DNA from: Candidatus Bathyarchaeota archaeon
GTDB lineage: Archaea > Thermoproteota > Bathyarchaeia > 40CM-2-53-6
Assembly: GCA_963833125.1 (NCBI GenBank)
Contig: CAWHWX010000001.1
Coordinates: 224,001 to 288,000, forward strand
DNA length: 64,000 bases
Direction: 5' to 3'
Part shown: positions 18,226 to 28,554 of the stretch, one piece after another
Layout: each line of letters begins with the position of its first letter
Numbering within the stretch: position 1 is the first letter of the stretch
Made by a program: the position numbers and the translations under genes
The notes under the pieces: generated by a model
Seen by the model: the letters and a program-made list of their open reading frames with translations, nothing else
Told to the model about the DNA's origin: nothing
The model's database searches: none

Positions 18226-18339
18226 AATGCGCTCAAAATTCTTGATGAAGCATGTTGCCAAATGATTAGGCGGTCGCGGACGAGCCACACTGGAAATGGC
18301 TGAAGAGTCAGACGGATGCGGTCTGCCGTTCGGATGAGG

Positions 18340-18852
18340 CTAACAGTAGCAGACTATCACGCCGAAAGACGTTGAATGAGTCTGTCCAAACTGATCGACT
18401 CCGGTTACTGTGATTTGTGCAACTTGATTATTGCTGACTGAGACTGTTGAGAACGTGTAGATGATGAGATTACTTGCACCCTGGTAGAGCGGAGGCATAA
18501 GAACTTGCGGCCTGTCGAGTGAACAGAAAGCCCCCGCGGGGCAGCCTGAAATGTACAACGTTACGACCTGAAGAACAGTCGAGTCACATCTGATGGTTGC
18601 TGTCGAGTTAGGACAGTAGGGATCCACCCATACAACTAATCCGCCCGTTTGACCCTGCTGAATCTTGACGAGTGTTGTGCTCGCCGTTATGGTGAAATCG
18701 AAATTATTTACAGGGAATGTCGGAGGAAATGGGTATGGTGGCGATTGTGTTGCGTTGACGAATACGCCACTGACTACTAACGTTAAAGTCAAGGCAAGAA
18801 GGGTTACAGCCACAGCCTTTCCGAAATCGCGACGCAACTGCATACCAATCAT
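18340..18852 (-). CDS. Secreted Cys-containing Ig-like hypothetical protein
   Basis: Signal-peptide-like N-terminus, DFTITAS..., six Cys, ending in CYC. Confidence 0.75.
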   Translation of the reverse strand: MIGMQLRRDFGKAVAVTLLALTLTLVVSGVFVNATQSPPYPFPPTFPVNNFDFTITASTTLVKIQQGQTGGLVVWVDPYCPNSTATIRCDSTVLQVVTLYISGCPAGAFCSLDRPQVLMPPLYQGASNLIIYTFSTVSVSNNQVAQITVTGVDQFGQTHSTSFGVIVCYC

Positions 18853-19125
18853 TAAGTTAATCTCACGAAGTGAAGTAAAAACATTAGTGATGTTGATGAC
18901 AAGAATCGTATGGTTCTGCGCGAGATAAGTCCATGAAATACCAGGCTTTAGGCCCTTGGGGGCGAAACTGGATTTTGATCTCCTTATGGTCCCACTTTCC
19001 GAACGAAAGCAACGCCAATCACCAATACCATATGGCCGTGAACCAGCACGCCCGCAAAATTGACGAAAACGAAGTGGGAAACGTAAATAGACCGTGCATC
19101 AACTGGCTCTTTGTGTAGACGAACA

Positions 19126-19692
19126 ATGCAAGCGTCTCACCGCGCATTTCTGATACCTATCATATTGTTCTTCGCGGTACTCGCACCCGGCTTTGCACAA
19201 TCAACTCCACAACTATCTATGACTTTGATCGGCCAAGAAGCTGGACATTACGTCGCTCCCGCAGGACAGGCGACAGAGTTGAAGATGGAAATTCTCAACG
19301 TCGAACCATCTGACGTCTACCTATCTGAGGGGAATGTCTACTTGGACCCTGGTTTGAACGGCAGTTGGGAGCTAATCCATTCTGAAGGCATGGGTAATTT
19401 CCACCTCGGTTACCTACAATCAGCTATATGGACATTCGACCTAGCGATGCCGGCAACGATTCAGGCCGCAAACGTGACAAACGGCACACCGCAAGTTTCC
19501 CTCCTGATCAAAGTCGACTATACGACCGCAACCGGCCTCCAACAGGAGGAACAGAACGAATTCCCACTAGGCGTTCCAGGCGCGTCTGTACAGCAACAAA
19601 ACAATTTGATTCGGTTCGCGGTTGTGGGGGTCGTTGCCTTGGCCTGTATAGGCGCCGTTGCCTACATGTCGAAGAGACGTAGGCCACGCTAA
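19126..19692 (+). CDS. Exported protein with C-terminal TM anchor
   Basis: Signal peptide (...PGFAQ), beta-rich core, and C-terminal TM followed by KRRRPR. Confidence 0.78.
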   Translation: MQASHRAFLIPIILFFAVLAPGFAQSTPQLSMTLIGQEAGHYVAPAGQATELKMEILNVEPSDVYLSEGNVYLDPGLNGSWELIHSEGMGNFHLGYLQSAIWTFDLAMPATIQAANVTNGTPQVSLLIKVDYTTATGLQQEEQNEFPLGVPGASVQQQNNLIRFAVVGVVALACIGAVAYMSKRRRPR

Positions 19693-19745
19693 TTGCGCGG
19701 CCATCTTTATAGCCCAAGATTCACAATTAGTCTCAGGGAGAGAGC

Positions 19746-20087
19746 ATGAAGAGAATTAGCTGGTCACTGTTCACGTTTGGAGTCCTCGCTCTATTTGTCG
19801 TGTCACAAGGAGTTCCGTTCGCGAATGCCCAATCTAGGATTCTTTACGGAACCGTGTACAGCGCAAGCACTGGCAAACCACTCGGCGCGACAGTAACGTT
19901 GAGCCGATGCTTTAACTCGCAGGCGACTTCGACTGGGTCGGATGGAACTTGGGAACTTTCATTCCCCGCTGGGGCTCTCGGCACAATCACTTTTTCCGCT
20001 CCTGGGTATGTGAGCCAAAGTTTCCAGATCAACATGAACTTTCAATGGTATGACGCCGGGGGCATCATTTCTCTACAACCAGCCTAA
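19746..20087 (+). CDS. Secreted carboxypeptidase-regulatory-like (prealbumin-fold) domain protein
   Basis: Signal peptide; motifs LYGTVYSASTGKPLGATVTL, TGSDGTW and SAPGY. Confidence 0.8.
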   Translation: MKRISWSLFTFGVLALFVVSQGVPFANAQSRILYGTVYSASTGKPLGATVTLSRCFNSQATSTGSDGTWELSFPAGALGTITFSAPGYVSQSFQINMNFQWYDAGGIISLQPA

Positions 20088-20123
20088 CAATAAGCCCTCC
20101 ACGTTTAGGATACACTTCGGTCG

Positions 20124-20504
20124 TTGGTGTCCAAGATGAGGATGAGTTTCAACGTGTTTGCTCTAGTACTACTCGTGAGCTCTACTCTTGCGTCAACCGT
20201 TATTGCGCAAGGGGTAACGATTGGGTACACGATTCATGTTGACTTCTTTGCATACTCCTGTAGCCTAGAAATAACGAAAGTTTCGCTTTTCGACCCCTTA
20301 GGCGATCTCCTTGGCGTGGCGACGAGCCCATATGGTGGAGAAGTTACGATTTCAATTAGAACGCAGACACCCATTTCTACCCTCACGGCAACAGCATACG
20401 GCCAAGCTACGTGGGGCTCTTACTATAGTTGGCTGGTGAGCGGGAGTGGCACCGTGAACCTAGGATCCACTGGAGATTATTGGGTCACTATCAGAATGAA
20501 CTGA
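20124..20504 (+). CDS. Secreted hypothetical beta-rich protein
   Basis: Signal peptide (...VIAQ) followed by a Thr/Ser/Gly-rich beta domain. Confidence 0.72.
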   Translation: MVSKMRMSFNVFALVLLVSSTLASTVIAQGVTIGYTIHVDFFAYSCSLEITKVSLFDPLGDLLGVATSPYGGEVTISIRTQTPISTLTATAYGQATWGSYYSWLVSGSGTVNLGSTGDYWVTIRMN

Positions 20505-20508
20505 TCGG

Positions 20509-21440
20509 CTATTTGATCTGTCGTTCTGCTCGTTTCTGAACCAGGTCAGCTAGGGCTGCGACGAAGGTTGGGTTTGAATTCAGAGAAGCAGTTCGCTTCA
20601 AGTTAAGGCCATTACTTCGAGCAAAGTCCTGAGCTTCCACATCAATATCATAAAGTATCTCAAGATGGTCCGCTACGAAACCGATGGGCACCACAAGAAC
20701 ATCAGTAAGGCTTCTGCGATCTTTGAGTTCACGCAAGAAGTCTATGAGATCTGGGCCCAACCATTTTTCATTGGTCTGTCCTGCGCTTTGGTATGCGAAT
20801 AACCATTGCTCGCGCCCTAGAAGTTTAACAACTGACTCGCAGGAGCTTTGAAGTTGAGTTGGATACGGATCCTTTGTCTGAAGGATCCGTTCGGGTAAAC
20901 TGTGAGCGGTGAAGAGCAATTCGACCTTTGAAGGCGCTGAAAATTGATTTAGAGCGGCCTGAATTTTCTCTTGGATTGCCTTGTGGAATAGCGGGTGACC
21001 GTACCAGCTCTCAATAAAATCCACATCCAAATGGCCAGAGTTAGCGACTGCCTGTTCTAACGCCTGCTTGTATCCTCCGATGCTCATTTGCGAATAATGA
21101 GGAGCCAGGACGAGTGCGATTATTCTCTCGAAACCGTCGTTAATAATTTGAGGGACGACTTCCCGAATGTACGGATGCCAATGCTTCATCCCCGTGTAAA
21201 CCTGAGTCTCCAAACCCTCCGAGTTCAGTTTCTGTTTGAGAGCCGATGCCTGCGCATTGGTTATGTCGAGTAACGGCGATCGTCCGCCTATCAGCGGTAT
21301 CGGTTCTTCAAATCTTCAACAGCGTCAGGTGTAGGTTTGTGGCCTCTTCTAATGTCGGTGAGGTAAGGCTCGATATCTTCCATTGAACTTGGTGTACCGT
21401 ACGCCATCAGAAGGACTGCTAACCCACCCGTAATGCTCAC
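20509..21440 (-). CDS. hemH: Ferrochelatase (coproporphyrin ferrochelatase CpfC type; frameshift near 21295)
   Basis: GTG at 21440 gives LLMAYGTP...YLTDIRRG. After a 1-nt shift the frame reads IGGRSPL..IT, then FTAHSLP, YQSAG, WLGPD and GFVADHLEILYDID. Confidence 0.9.
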
Positions 21441-22502
21441 TTACCTTGCGTCAATTGAGGATTGTTGAGTTGACTTGTGAACGAATTTTACGAGTTCAGC
21501 AACTTTCTGCACTGAGGCTTCAGGCAGCATGCCGTGTCCCAGATTGAATATGTGTCCGCTCCTACCGTCTACTTTTCTCAGAATCTCCTTCGACAACAGT
21601 TTGACTAGCTCCATGTCTGCGAGCAACGCAGCGGGGTCAAGGTTTCCTTGAATACCAACGTCATAACCCAACCGTTCCCAAGCAACATCGATTGGTATCC
21701 TCCAGTCGACCCCGAAGACATCACCCCCCGCGATCCTCATCTCTTCCAGAAGTGTCGATGTGCCAGTTCCAAAGTGAATTCTTGGCACTCCAGTTTCGCC
21801 CAGTTTCTGGAAGATGCGCTGTGAATATGGAAGCACGTAGTTGTGATAATCTTGCGGGCTAAGGCATCCAACCCAACTGTCGAAAAGCTGAACCGCATCA
21901 ACCCCGGATCGTATTTGTGCTAAGAGATAGGTGGCCATCGACTCTGAAAGTTTCTCCATCAGTGCATGCCATGTCTTTGGATCGCGATACATCAACGTCT
22001 TCACCTTGATGAAATCCCGAGTCGGGCGTCCCTCTATAAGATAACTTGCGATCGTGAAGGGTGCCCCGCAGAATCCAATCAAAGGCACTTTTCCATCCAA
22101 CATTTTCTTCGATACACCAATGGCTTCTAGGACAAAGGGCACATCGCTTGCCGGGTCCAGCGCCTCCAAAGATGTCACGGAATGCGCGTCAGTGATTGGT
22201 TGTTTGATGAGTGGGCCGACACCTTCCTCAATTTTGAACTCCACTCTCATCCCTTCTAGAGGTAACATGATGTCGGCGAACATAATTGCGGCGTCTACGC
22301 CTAAAGTGTCCACAGGCATTGTAGTGACCTTGGCGCACAGTTCGGGGTTCTTGCAGATTGAAATGATATCGTGTTTCTCTCTGATCTTCCTGTATTCGGG
22401 TAGAAAACGGCCTGCCTGGCGCATGAACCAGACTGGTGTCACATCAACTGACTGACGCCTGCAAGCCCTAATGAATCGATGATCCATCTTTCGAAACGGC
22501 AC
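21441..22502 (-). CDS. hemE: Uroporphyrinogen decarboxylase
   Basis: Motifs PVWFMRQAGRFLPEY, GFCGAPFTIASY, QGNLDP and FNLGHG. Confidence 0.97.
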   Translation of the reverse strand: MPFRKMDHRFIRACRRQSVDVTPVWFMRQAGRFLPEYRKIREKHDIISICKNPELCAKVTTMPVDTLGVDAAIMFADIMLPLEGMRVEFKIEEGVGPLIKQPITDAHSVTSLEALDPASDVPFVLEAIGVSKKMLDGKVPLIGFCGAPFTIASYLIEGRPTRDFIKVKTLMYRDPKTWHALMEKLSESMATYLLAQIRSGVDAVQLFDSWVGCLSPQDYHNYVLPYSQRIFQKLGETGVPRIHFGTGTSTLLEEMRIAGGDVFGVDWRIPIDVAWERLGYDVGIQGNLDPAALLADMELVKLLSKEILRKVDGRSGHIFNLGHGMLPEASVQKVAELVKFVHKSTQQSSIDAR

Positions 22503-23793
22503 TCCTAGGTCTCAATTGCTGAAACGCTCGCTTTGCAGCGTCAATCGTTTTCCTGACATCTCGTTCGGAATGGGCTGCTGAAACAAAAATTGTCTCGAAC
22601 GGAGAGGGAGGGAGGTAAACGCCGTGTTCCAGCATGGAATTGAAAACTAGCTTGTAGGCAGAGATATCACTGGACTTTGCGGAACTGTAATCCTTGACCT
22701 CAATGTATGTGAAAAACAATCCTAGCATTGACCCAATCCTATTCAACCATACGTCGCAGTCGTTTTCTCTCGCGGCTTCCAGTAGCCCTCGTTCCAACTT
22801 GGCTGAAGTCTTTTCTAGTTTCTCGTAGAAGCCTCGCCTCTTGATCTCGGTCAACGTAGCGATCCCCGCGGTCATTGCGAGCGGGTTTCCGGAAAGGGTT
22901 CCTGCTTGGTAGACGGGGCCGGTCGGTGCTACAAGATCCATGATCTTCCGCGAGCCACCGTATGCGCCGACGGGCAGGCCGCCGCCGATGATTTTGCCTA
23001 AGCATGTGAGGTCTGGTTGGATGCCGTAGAGCTTCTGAGCTCCACCTAGGGAGGCTCGGAATCCTGTAATTACTTCATCAAAGATGAGAAGGGATCCATA
23101 TTTCCGGGTGATTTCTCTGAGGTTTCGCAGATAATCTGATTTCGGGGGAACAAGTCCCATGTTTGCGGCAATTGGTTCAACAATAACCGCTGCGATTTCG
23201 TCGGGATGCTCTTCGAAGATCGATTTTACGGGTTCTGTGTCATTGTAAGGCGCAACAATCGTGTCTGATGTTGCTCCTGGGGTAACACCTGCTGAGTCAG
23301 GGATACCGAACGTTGCCATACCCGAACCTCCCTTCACCAGCATCGCATCGGAATGACCGTGGTAACAACCTTCGAACTTCAAAATCCTGTTGCGCTTCGT
23401 GTATGCGCGGGCAACCCTAAGCGTCGACATCACGGCTTCGGTTCCGGAATTAACAAAACGCAACTTTTCGATTAAGGGAAAGGAGTCCATAACTAGGTCT
23501 GCAAGATCGGTTTCAAGTCGAGTCGGAGCCCCATAGCTGGTTCCTCGGGGTAACGCAGTACGAAGAGCCCTTACGACCCTTGGGTTCGCGGATCCAAGGA
23601 TTAGCGCTCCCCAAGAACAAACGTAGTCGATGTAGCTGTTGCCGTCTTCGTCTTGTATCTTTGAGCCTCGTGCTCTCTTAATGAAGAGCGGGGTGCCGCC
23701 CACCGCCCGGAAGGCTCGGACAGGACTGTTCACGCCGCCAACGAGAACCTTACTGGCTTGCTCGTAAAGGGCTCTGGATGCGTCAACCTTCAA
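22468..23793 (-). CDS. hemL: Glutamate-1-semialdehyde 2,1-aminomutase
   Basis: Motifs GGVNSPVRAF, SGTEAVM, GCYHGHSD, GKIIGGGLPVG and QAGTLSGNP. Confidence 0.97.
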   Translation of the reverse strand: MKVDASRALYEQASKVLVGGVNSPVRAFRAVGGTPLFIKRARGSKIQDEDGNSYIDYVCSWGALILGSANPRVVRALRTALPRGTSYGAPTRLETDLADLVMDSFPLIEKLRFVNSGTEAVMSTLRVARAYTKRNRILKFEGCYHGHSDAMLVKGGSGMATFGIPDSAGVTPGATSDTIVAPYNDTEPVKSIFEEHPDEIAAVIVEPIAANMGLVPPKSDYLRNLREITRKYGSLLIFDEVITGFRASLGGAQKLYGIQPDLTCLGKIIGGGLPVGAYGGSRKIMDLVAPTGPVYQAGTLSGNPLAMTAGIATLTEIKRRGFYEKLEKTSAKLERGLLEAARENDCDVWLNRIGSMLGLFFTYIEVKDYSSAKSSDISAYKLVFNSMLEHGVYLPPSPFETIFVSAAHSERDVRKTIDAAKRAFQQLRPRSAVSKDGSSIH

Positions 23794-23819
23794 CGGAGTT
23801 CACGAGGGATTGAGCTGGC

Positions 23820-24542
23820 TTATCCAAGCAGCGGTAGAATTTCGTCAATTGGCATAGCTATGCATGTGAAGATGGGAGTTTCTAGCTCAGTGTAGCGACT
23901 TGCTTCGCTGCTCCTCAACTCCATGACCAAGTCTGAGAAGTCAGAAGGCTGATCTGTTTCAAAGGCGAGAACGAATTCTTGATCGTCCACGCCGAAGGAA
24001 TATCCTGTGTGAATTTGTACTGAAGGGTACTTGTGTCCAATCTTGAAGTGTTGTGCCATCATCTTGGTTCTATCTTCGTGTGGCAGGAAGTACCATTCAC
24101 GTTTCTTGATGAATGGGTAAACGAACATGTACTTCGAGTTGCTCGACAGGCTGGTTAGAGAGGTGCCCTCCTGTCCTTCATGGTGGTGGCCACCTAGGTA
24201 TTCGGATTTCTTGGTCATGGCTAGATATGAGTATGGTATCTCTAGATACTTTCCAAGATTAGACGATAGAAGTGCTGAGGTGAAGTCTTGGAACCGTTCA
24301 AGCTGTCCTGCAACCGTCCATAGCATGAAGTCGCAGTCGCCACGGATACCCACTAGAGAATAGCTCTTGAGAGGGTTATCTTTCACAAAGCCTGTTACTA
24401 TTGATGCGAACTCGTTTCTCGATGATGATTTTTCCTCAGTGTCGAGTCGTCTCCATTGCGGATCGACCTTGAAGAACGTGTACTTGAGGAATTGCCGCTC
24501 TGTGACTTGAACCGGTTCAACATTCGTAGAGGTTTGTGTCAC
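23820..24542 (-). CDS. hemQ: Coproheme decarboxylase (chlorite dismutase family ChdC/HemQ)
   Basis: YPFIKKREWY...MMAQH and YSFGVDDQEFVLAFE; GTG at 24542 after GGAGG; embedded in the hem operon. Confidence 0.88.
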   Translation of the reverse strand: MTQTSTNVEPVQVTERQFLKYTFFKVDPQWRRLDTEEKSSSRNEFASIVTGFVKDNPLKSYSLVGIRGDCDFMLWTVAGQLERFQDFTSALLSSNLGKYLEIPYSYLAMTKKSEYLGGHHHEGQEGTSLTSLSSNSKYMFVYPFIKKREWYFLPHEDRTKMMAQHFKIGHKYPSVQIHTGYSFGVDDQEFVLAFETDQPSDFSDLVMELRSSEASRYTELETPIFTCIAMPIDEILPLLG

Positions 24543-24543
24543 C

Positions 24544-25554
24544 TTAGTTAGCCTCCCGTAACCATTTGGCCGCGTCTTTGGCAAAGTATGTGATCATGAT
24601 GTTTGCCCCAGCTCGTTTTATGGCTGTCAGTGTCTCTAGCGCCACCCGTTTGTCGTCGAGCCAGCCTTTCTGTCCGGCTGCTTTGATCATTGCATATTCT
24701 CCGCTGACGTTATAGGCGGCTAGTGGGTGACGGAATCGGTTTCGTGCGTCCCTAATTACGTCTAGGTAGCTGAGCGCAGGTTTTACCATTATAATGTCCG
24801 CTCCTTCTCTGATGTCCATTTCGATCTCCCGTAGTGCCTCTCTGCGATTTGGTGGATCCATTTGGTAGGTGCGTCTATCTCCCCATAATGGCGTTGATTC
24901 GGCCGCTTCACGGAATGGCCCATAGAAGGCGGAAGCAAACTTGGCTGAATATGACATGATTGCGGTCTCCTGAAAACCTCGAGTGTCTAGTGCTAGTCGT
25001 ATTGCTTGAACTTGACCGTCCATCATGGCGCTTGGTCCGACAATGTCTGCGCCAGCTTCGGCATGTGAAACTGCGATTCGTGACAATAATTCTAACGTTT
25101 CATCGTTCTCTACTTTACCTTCGTGAATTACGCCACAATGCCCATGATCAGTATACTGACACAAACAAACATCTGTGACGACGACAAGCTGCGGGGCTAG
25201 CTTCTTGATGGTCCGTGCAGCTTGTTGGACTATCCCGTCGGTTGCGTAGGCCTCACTCCCGGAGCTGTCTTTGTGTTTGGGAAGACCGAAGAGCAAAACG
25301 GCAGGTATCTTCAAGCTTGTGACCTCGGCAATTTCATTCTTCAGTTCAGAGATTGAAAAGCGGTAGATACCTGGCATTGAGGGTATTTCTTCGCGGGCTG
25401 ACAGACGTTGATCTACAAAGACAGGATAGATGAAATCGGAACTTGAGAGCCGAGTTTCTCTCATCAGAGTTCGCAGAGACTCATGTTCCCTTAGTCTCCG
25501 GAGCCGATTAATGGGGCGTGTCTTCTCTGAAACTTCATACAGTTCTGATTTCAT
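24544..25554 (-). CDS. hemB: Porphobilinogen synthase
   Basis: Motifs DVCLCQYTDHGHCG, PSAMMDG, MVKPA and AYNVSGEY. Confidence 0.97.
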   Translation of the reverse strand: MKSELYEVSEKTRPINRLRRLREHESLRTLMRETRLSSSDFIYPVFVDQRLSAREEIPSMPGIYRFSISELKNEIAEVTSLKIPAVLLFGLPKHKDSSGSEAYATDGIVQQAARTIKKLAPQLVVVTDVCLCQYTDHGHCGVIHEGKVENDETLELLSRIAVSHAEAGADIVGPSAMMDGQVQAIRLALDTRGFQETAIMSYSAKFASAFYGPFREAAESTPLWGDRRTYQMDPPNRREALREIEMDIREGADIIMVKPALSYLDVIRDARNRFRHPLAAYNVSGEYAMIKAAGQKGWLDDKRVALETLTAIKRAGANIMITYFAKDAAKWLREAN

Positions 25555-26323
25555 TCTTTATCGCCTCTACGAGATCATCAATCGTGTGAGTCCTCGCTAC
25601 AATGTCGACATGAATTCCTAATTCTTTCGTCGCCTCAGCCGTGACGGGGCCGATACATGCGACCTTAACTCCCTTCAACAAAACTGACAGCTCATTTGCG
25701 CCCAGGATTTGAGCGAGATTTCGGACCGTCGACGGGCTAGTGAAAGTTACAACGTCTACACCTTGATTCAAGATCGACCTAAACCGGTCAGCTGACAAAC
25801 TCTCTGGGATAATCGTTCTATATGCTACAACCTCTTCCACTTTGGCTCCACGTTGCCTCAAAAGGTCAGGCAACTTCTTGGAAGCTATGTCGGCTCGTGG
25901 CAATAGGATTCGTTTGCCTTCCACGTCACCTAAACCAACCGCTATCTTCTCGGATAGATATTGTGTTGGCACATAATCAGCTTCCCTACCCAGGTCTTCT
26001 AAGGCAGCAGCCGTCGCAGGCCCTATCGCCGCGACCCTAACTTGTTTCAATTTAGCGAAGGACTCTCCGAGCGCTTTGAGGCGTTGACTAAAGAATTGCA
26101 CTCCGTGAACACTCGTGAATATCAGCCAATCATACTTCAAAATGCCTAGAATCGACTTGTCTAAAGGGTCCGTGTTGTTGGGAGGAACGATTGTGATGGT
26201 TGGGAGCTCTATTGTTGTAGCTCCTAGGTATCGGAGTTTCGCTGAAATATGGATACTCTGTTTTTCAGAGCGCGTGATGAGGATTTTTATGCCTTCGAGG
26301 GTTTTCATAGATGAAGTTTGCAT
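25535..26323 (-). CDS. hemD: Uroporphyrinogen-III synthase
   Basis: Motifs ILITR, FTSVHGV, AIGPAT, FTSPSTV and CIGPVT. Confidence 0.93.
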   Translation of the reverse strand: MQTSSMKTLEGIKILITRSEKQSIHISAKLRYLGATTIELPTITIVPPNNTDPLDKSILGILKYDWLIFTSVHGVQFFSQRLKALGESFAKLKQVRVAAIGPATAAALEDLGREADYVPTQYLSEKIAVGLGDVEGKRILLPRADIASKKLPDLLRQRGAKVEEVVAYRTIIPESLSADRFRSILNQGVDVVTFTSPSTVRNLAQILGANELSVLLKGVKVACIGPVTAEATKELGIHVDIVARTHTIDDLVEAIKNEIRTV

Positions 26324-27240
26324 TAGGCTGCCTCCAATACTAGTTGCGCGCCCTTGCTGAGGAGGGACTCTGCTAATTCTTCTCCAACCTTTTTTGGATC
26401 TGATTTGTCTGAAATGAGCTTCGTACGCAAAAGCAATCTTCCATCCGATGAAGCGACCATGCCGTCTATCGTCAATTTCACCTCGTGCACGGTGGCGAAT
26501 GCTGCAATAGGTGTTTGACAGTTGGCTCCGAGTTTTCTCGCGAATGCTCTTTCAGCCTCAACGGCTCTGTGTGTGGGTTCATGGTTTATTCGGGAAAGGA
26601 GTTCAACCATTTCTTCATCGTCCTCTCTAATCTCAACTGCAAGCGCTCCTTGACCGATGGCAGGAAGCATGATCCGAGTCGATAGTAACTCAGTAGCGCG
26701 CCTTTCCATACCCAGTCGCGAGAGACCTGCGGCCGCCACGATTATTGCATCATATTCTCCTGCATCGAGTTTCCGTAGGCGCGTGTCGACATTTCCATGC
26801 ATTTCTAGAATACGCAAGTCGTTGCGTGCGGCTAAGAGTTGTGTCCTCCGACGAGGACTGCTCGTGCCTACCCGGGCTCCACCCGAAAGCTGCTCAAATT
26901 TTTGCTTGTCGCGCGAAATTAGTGCGTCTCTATGGTCGGCGCGTTGCGGGACAGCCGCTATCTTCAAGCCTGTGGGTAGCTCGGCTGTTAGATCCTTCAT
27001 GCTGTGAACCGCAATACGAATTTTCTTATCGAGCAGTGATTCCTCAATCTCTCTTGTGAATAATCGCTTACTGTTGAGAGCGCCAGCTGCAGAGTCCCGC
27101 CTATTGTCTCCTTGCGTTTTGATTGCGGCCACTTCGAAGCGAAAGTTTAACTCGAGTTTCTTTAGGGCCTCGATTATTTGCTTTGTCTGGGCAAGAGCGA
27201 GCGCACTTCCTCTGGTGCCCACGATAATGGGGTTTTTCAC
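26323..27240 (-). CDS. hemC: Hydroxymethylbilane synthase
   Basis: Motifs GTRGSALALAQ, VHSMKD, GTSSPRR, GNVDTRL and GANCQTPI. Confidence 0.97.
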   Translation of the reverse strand: MKNPIIVGTRGSALALAQTKQIIEALKKLELNFRFEVAAIKTQGDNRRDSAAGALNSKRLFTREIEESLLDKKIRIAVHSMKDLTAELPTGLKIAAVPQRADHRDALISRDKQKFEQLSGGARVGTSSPRRRTQLLAARNDLRILEMHGNVDTRLRKLDAGEYDAIIVAAAGLSRLGMERRATELLSTRIMLPAIGQGALAVEIREDDEEMVELLSRINHEPTHRAVEAERAFARKLGANCQTPIAAFATVHEVKLTIDGMVASSDGRLLLRTKLISDKSDPKKVGEELAESLLSKGAQLVLEAA

Positions 27241-28541
27241 TCTTCGCTTTGCCGTCCTATACCGAAGAGTTCTCGGATCATGGCTTGGAATTTTTCGCCA
27301 TCGCCGTTGGACGTATGTTCCTTTAGCCTAACAGTCGGTTCGTAGAGGAGCTTGTTTACTATCCGACGTGTCAGTAGGTCAACAATGGCTTTTTCGCGAC
27401 TTGGTAAATCACCAAGTTTTCTTAGCGCTCTTGATAGCTCCTTTTCACGGATATTCTCGGCGACCTTCCTGAGGTCCTTTAGGGTATCGTTGGCTTCGTA
27501 GGCTCGCATATGAGTATCGAAATTGTCTACTTGTTTGCGCGTGAGCTCCTCAGCTTTTGCAATCTTCGCTTGGTACACTTTCTTTTGATCTTCCATGAAG
27601 GCTGTTAAGTCGTCGATATTGTACAGCTGCAGCCCAGGGATAAGAGCCGAGTCGGGGTTTACGTTGCGCGGCACACCAACATCGATAACAGTTAGTTCTT
27701 TGCCGTTGCGTTTGACCATAGCGTTCTGAAGATCCTCGGGACCTATCACATAACCTGCGGAGGATATGCAGGTGAGAACAACATCGGCCTTCTGAAGCAC
27801 ACTGGGAATCTCTTCTAGTCCTACGGCTTTTCCTGAAATCTGAGATGCCAGGTCTTGAGCCCGCTGCACGGTCCTGTTCGCAACAAACACCTCGACCCCT
27901 GGAAACGCGGACAAATCCTCGGCTGCGAGGGAGATCATCTTCCCTGCACCCACTAGCAGGATTGTTTCAATGCGTTGCTTCCCCGACAACTCCTTCAACA
28001 TCAGAGTAACGGCGGAGCTCACTGATACCCGTTCTGAATCTAGGCCGCTCAGATTTCTGATGGTGTTCGCGGCTTTGTAGGCGTGGCGGAAGAGTTCCGA
28101 CAGAAAAGGTCCGCTCGTTTGTGTCTGATTCGCGATTCTGAAAGCTTGCTTTACCTGTCCCTGGATCTGCTGTTCTCCTACAGCCAAAGAATCGAGGCCT
28201 GAGGCTACAGAGATCAAATGCAGTACTGCGTCCTCGCCAGTTACAGCATACGTGTACTGTTCGATATCTGCGGGTTGGATGCCGCTCCACTCGCTCATGA
28301 TTCTCCTTATGTCTCTTGCAATATCGCTCTCTAGAGGAGAGACGGCGTAGACTTCTGTCCTATTACAGGTTGACAAAATCACCGCTTCCTCGATATTGGT
28401 TTGGTTAACGGTTGACCTGAGCCGGTCTGGCAACTTCCCTTGAGGACACCAGAGCCGTTCTCGCACATCTATGGGCGCGTGTTTGTGGTTCGTGCCCACC
28501 ATTGTAAGTTTCCGATTTGAAGCGTTCGACATTGTTCTCAC
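27237..28541 (-). CDS. hemA: Glutamyl-tRNA reductase
   Basis: Motifs LSTCNRTEVY, ASGLDS..GEQQI, GAGKM and DVGVPRN. Confidence 0.97.
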   Translation of the reverse strand: MRTMSNASNRKLTMVGTNHKHAPIDVRERLWCPQGKLPDRLRSTVNQTNIEEAVILSTCNRTEVYAVSPLESDIARDIRRIMSEWSGIQPADIEQYTYAVTGEDAVLHLISVASGLDSLAVGEQQIQGQVKQAFRIANQTQTSGPFLSELFRHAYKAANTIRNLSGLDSERVSVSSAVTLMLKELSGKQRIETILLVGAGKMISLAAEDLSAFPGVEVFVANRTVQRAQDLASQISGKAVGLEEIPSVLQKADVVLTCISSAGYVIGPEDLQNAMVKRNGKELTVIDVGVPRNVNPDSALIPGLQLYNIDDLTAFMEDQKKVYQAKIAKAEELTRKQVDNFDTHMRAYEANDTLKDLRKVAENIREKELSRALRKLGDLPSREKAIVDLLTRRIVNKLLYEPTVRLKEHTSNGDGEKFQAMIRELFGIGRQSEE

Positions 28542-28554
28542 CCGTATTGAACAA

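Noticed and set aside
23820-24542. Chlorite dismutase for chlorate respiration
   Set aside because: Its position within the hem operon beside hemE and hemH favours coproheme decarboxylase, and it has no signal peptide.
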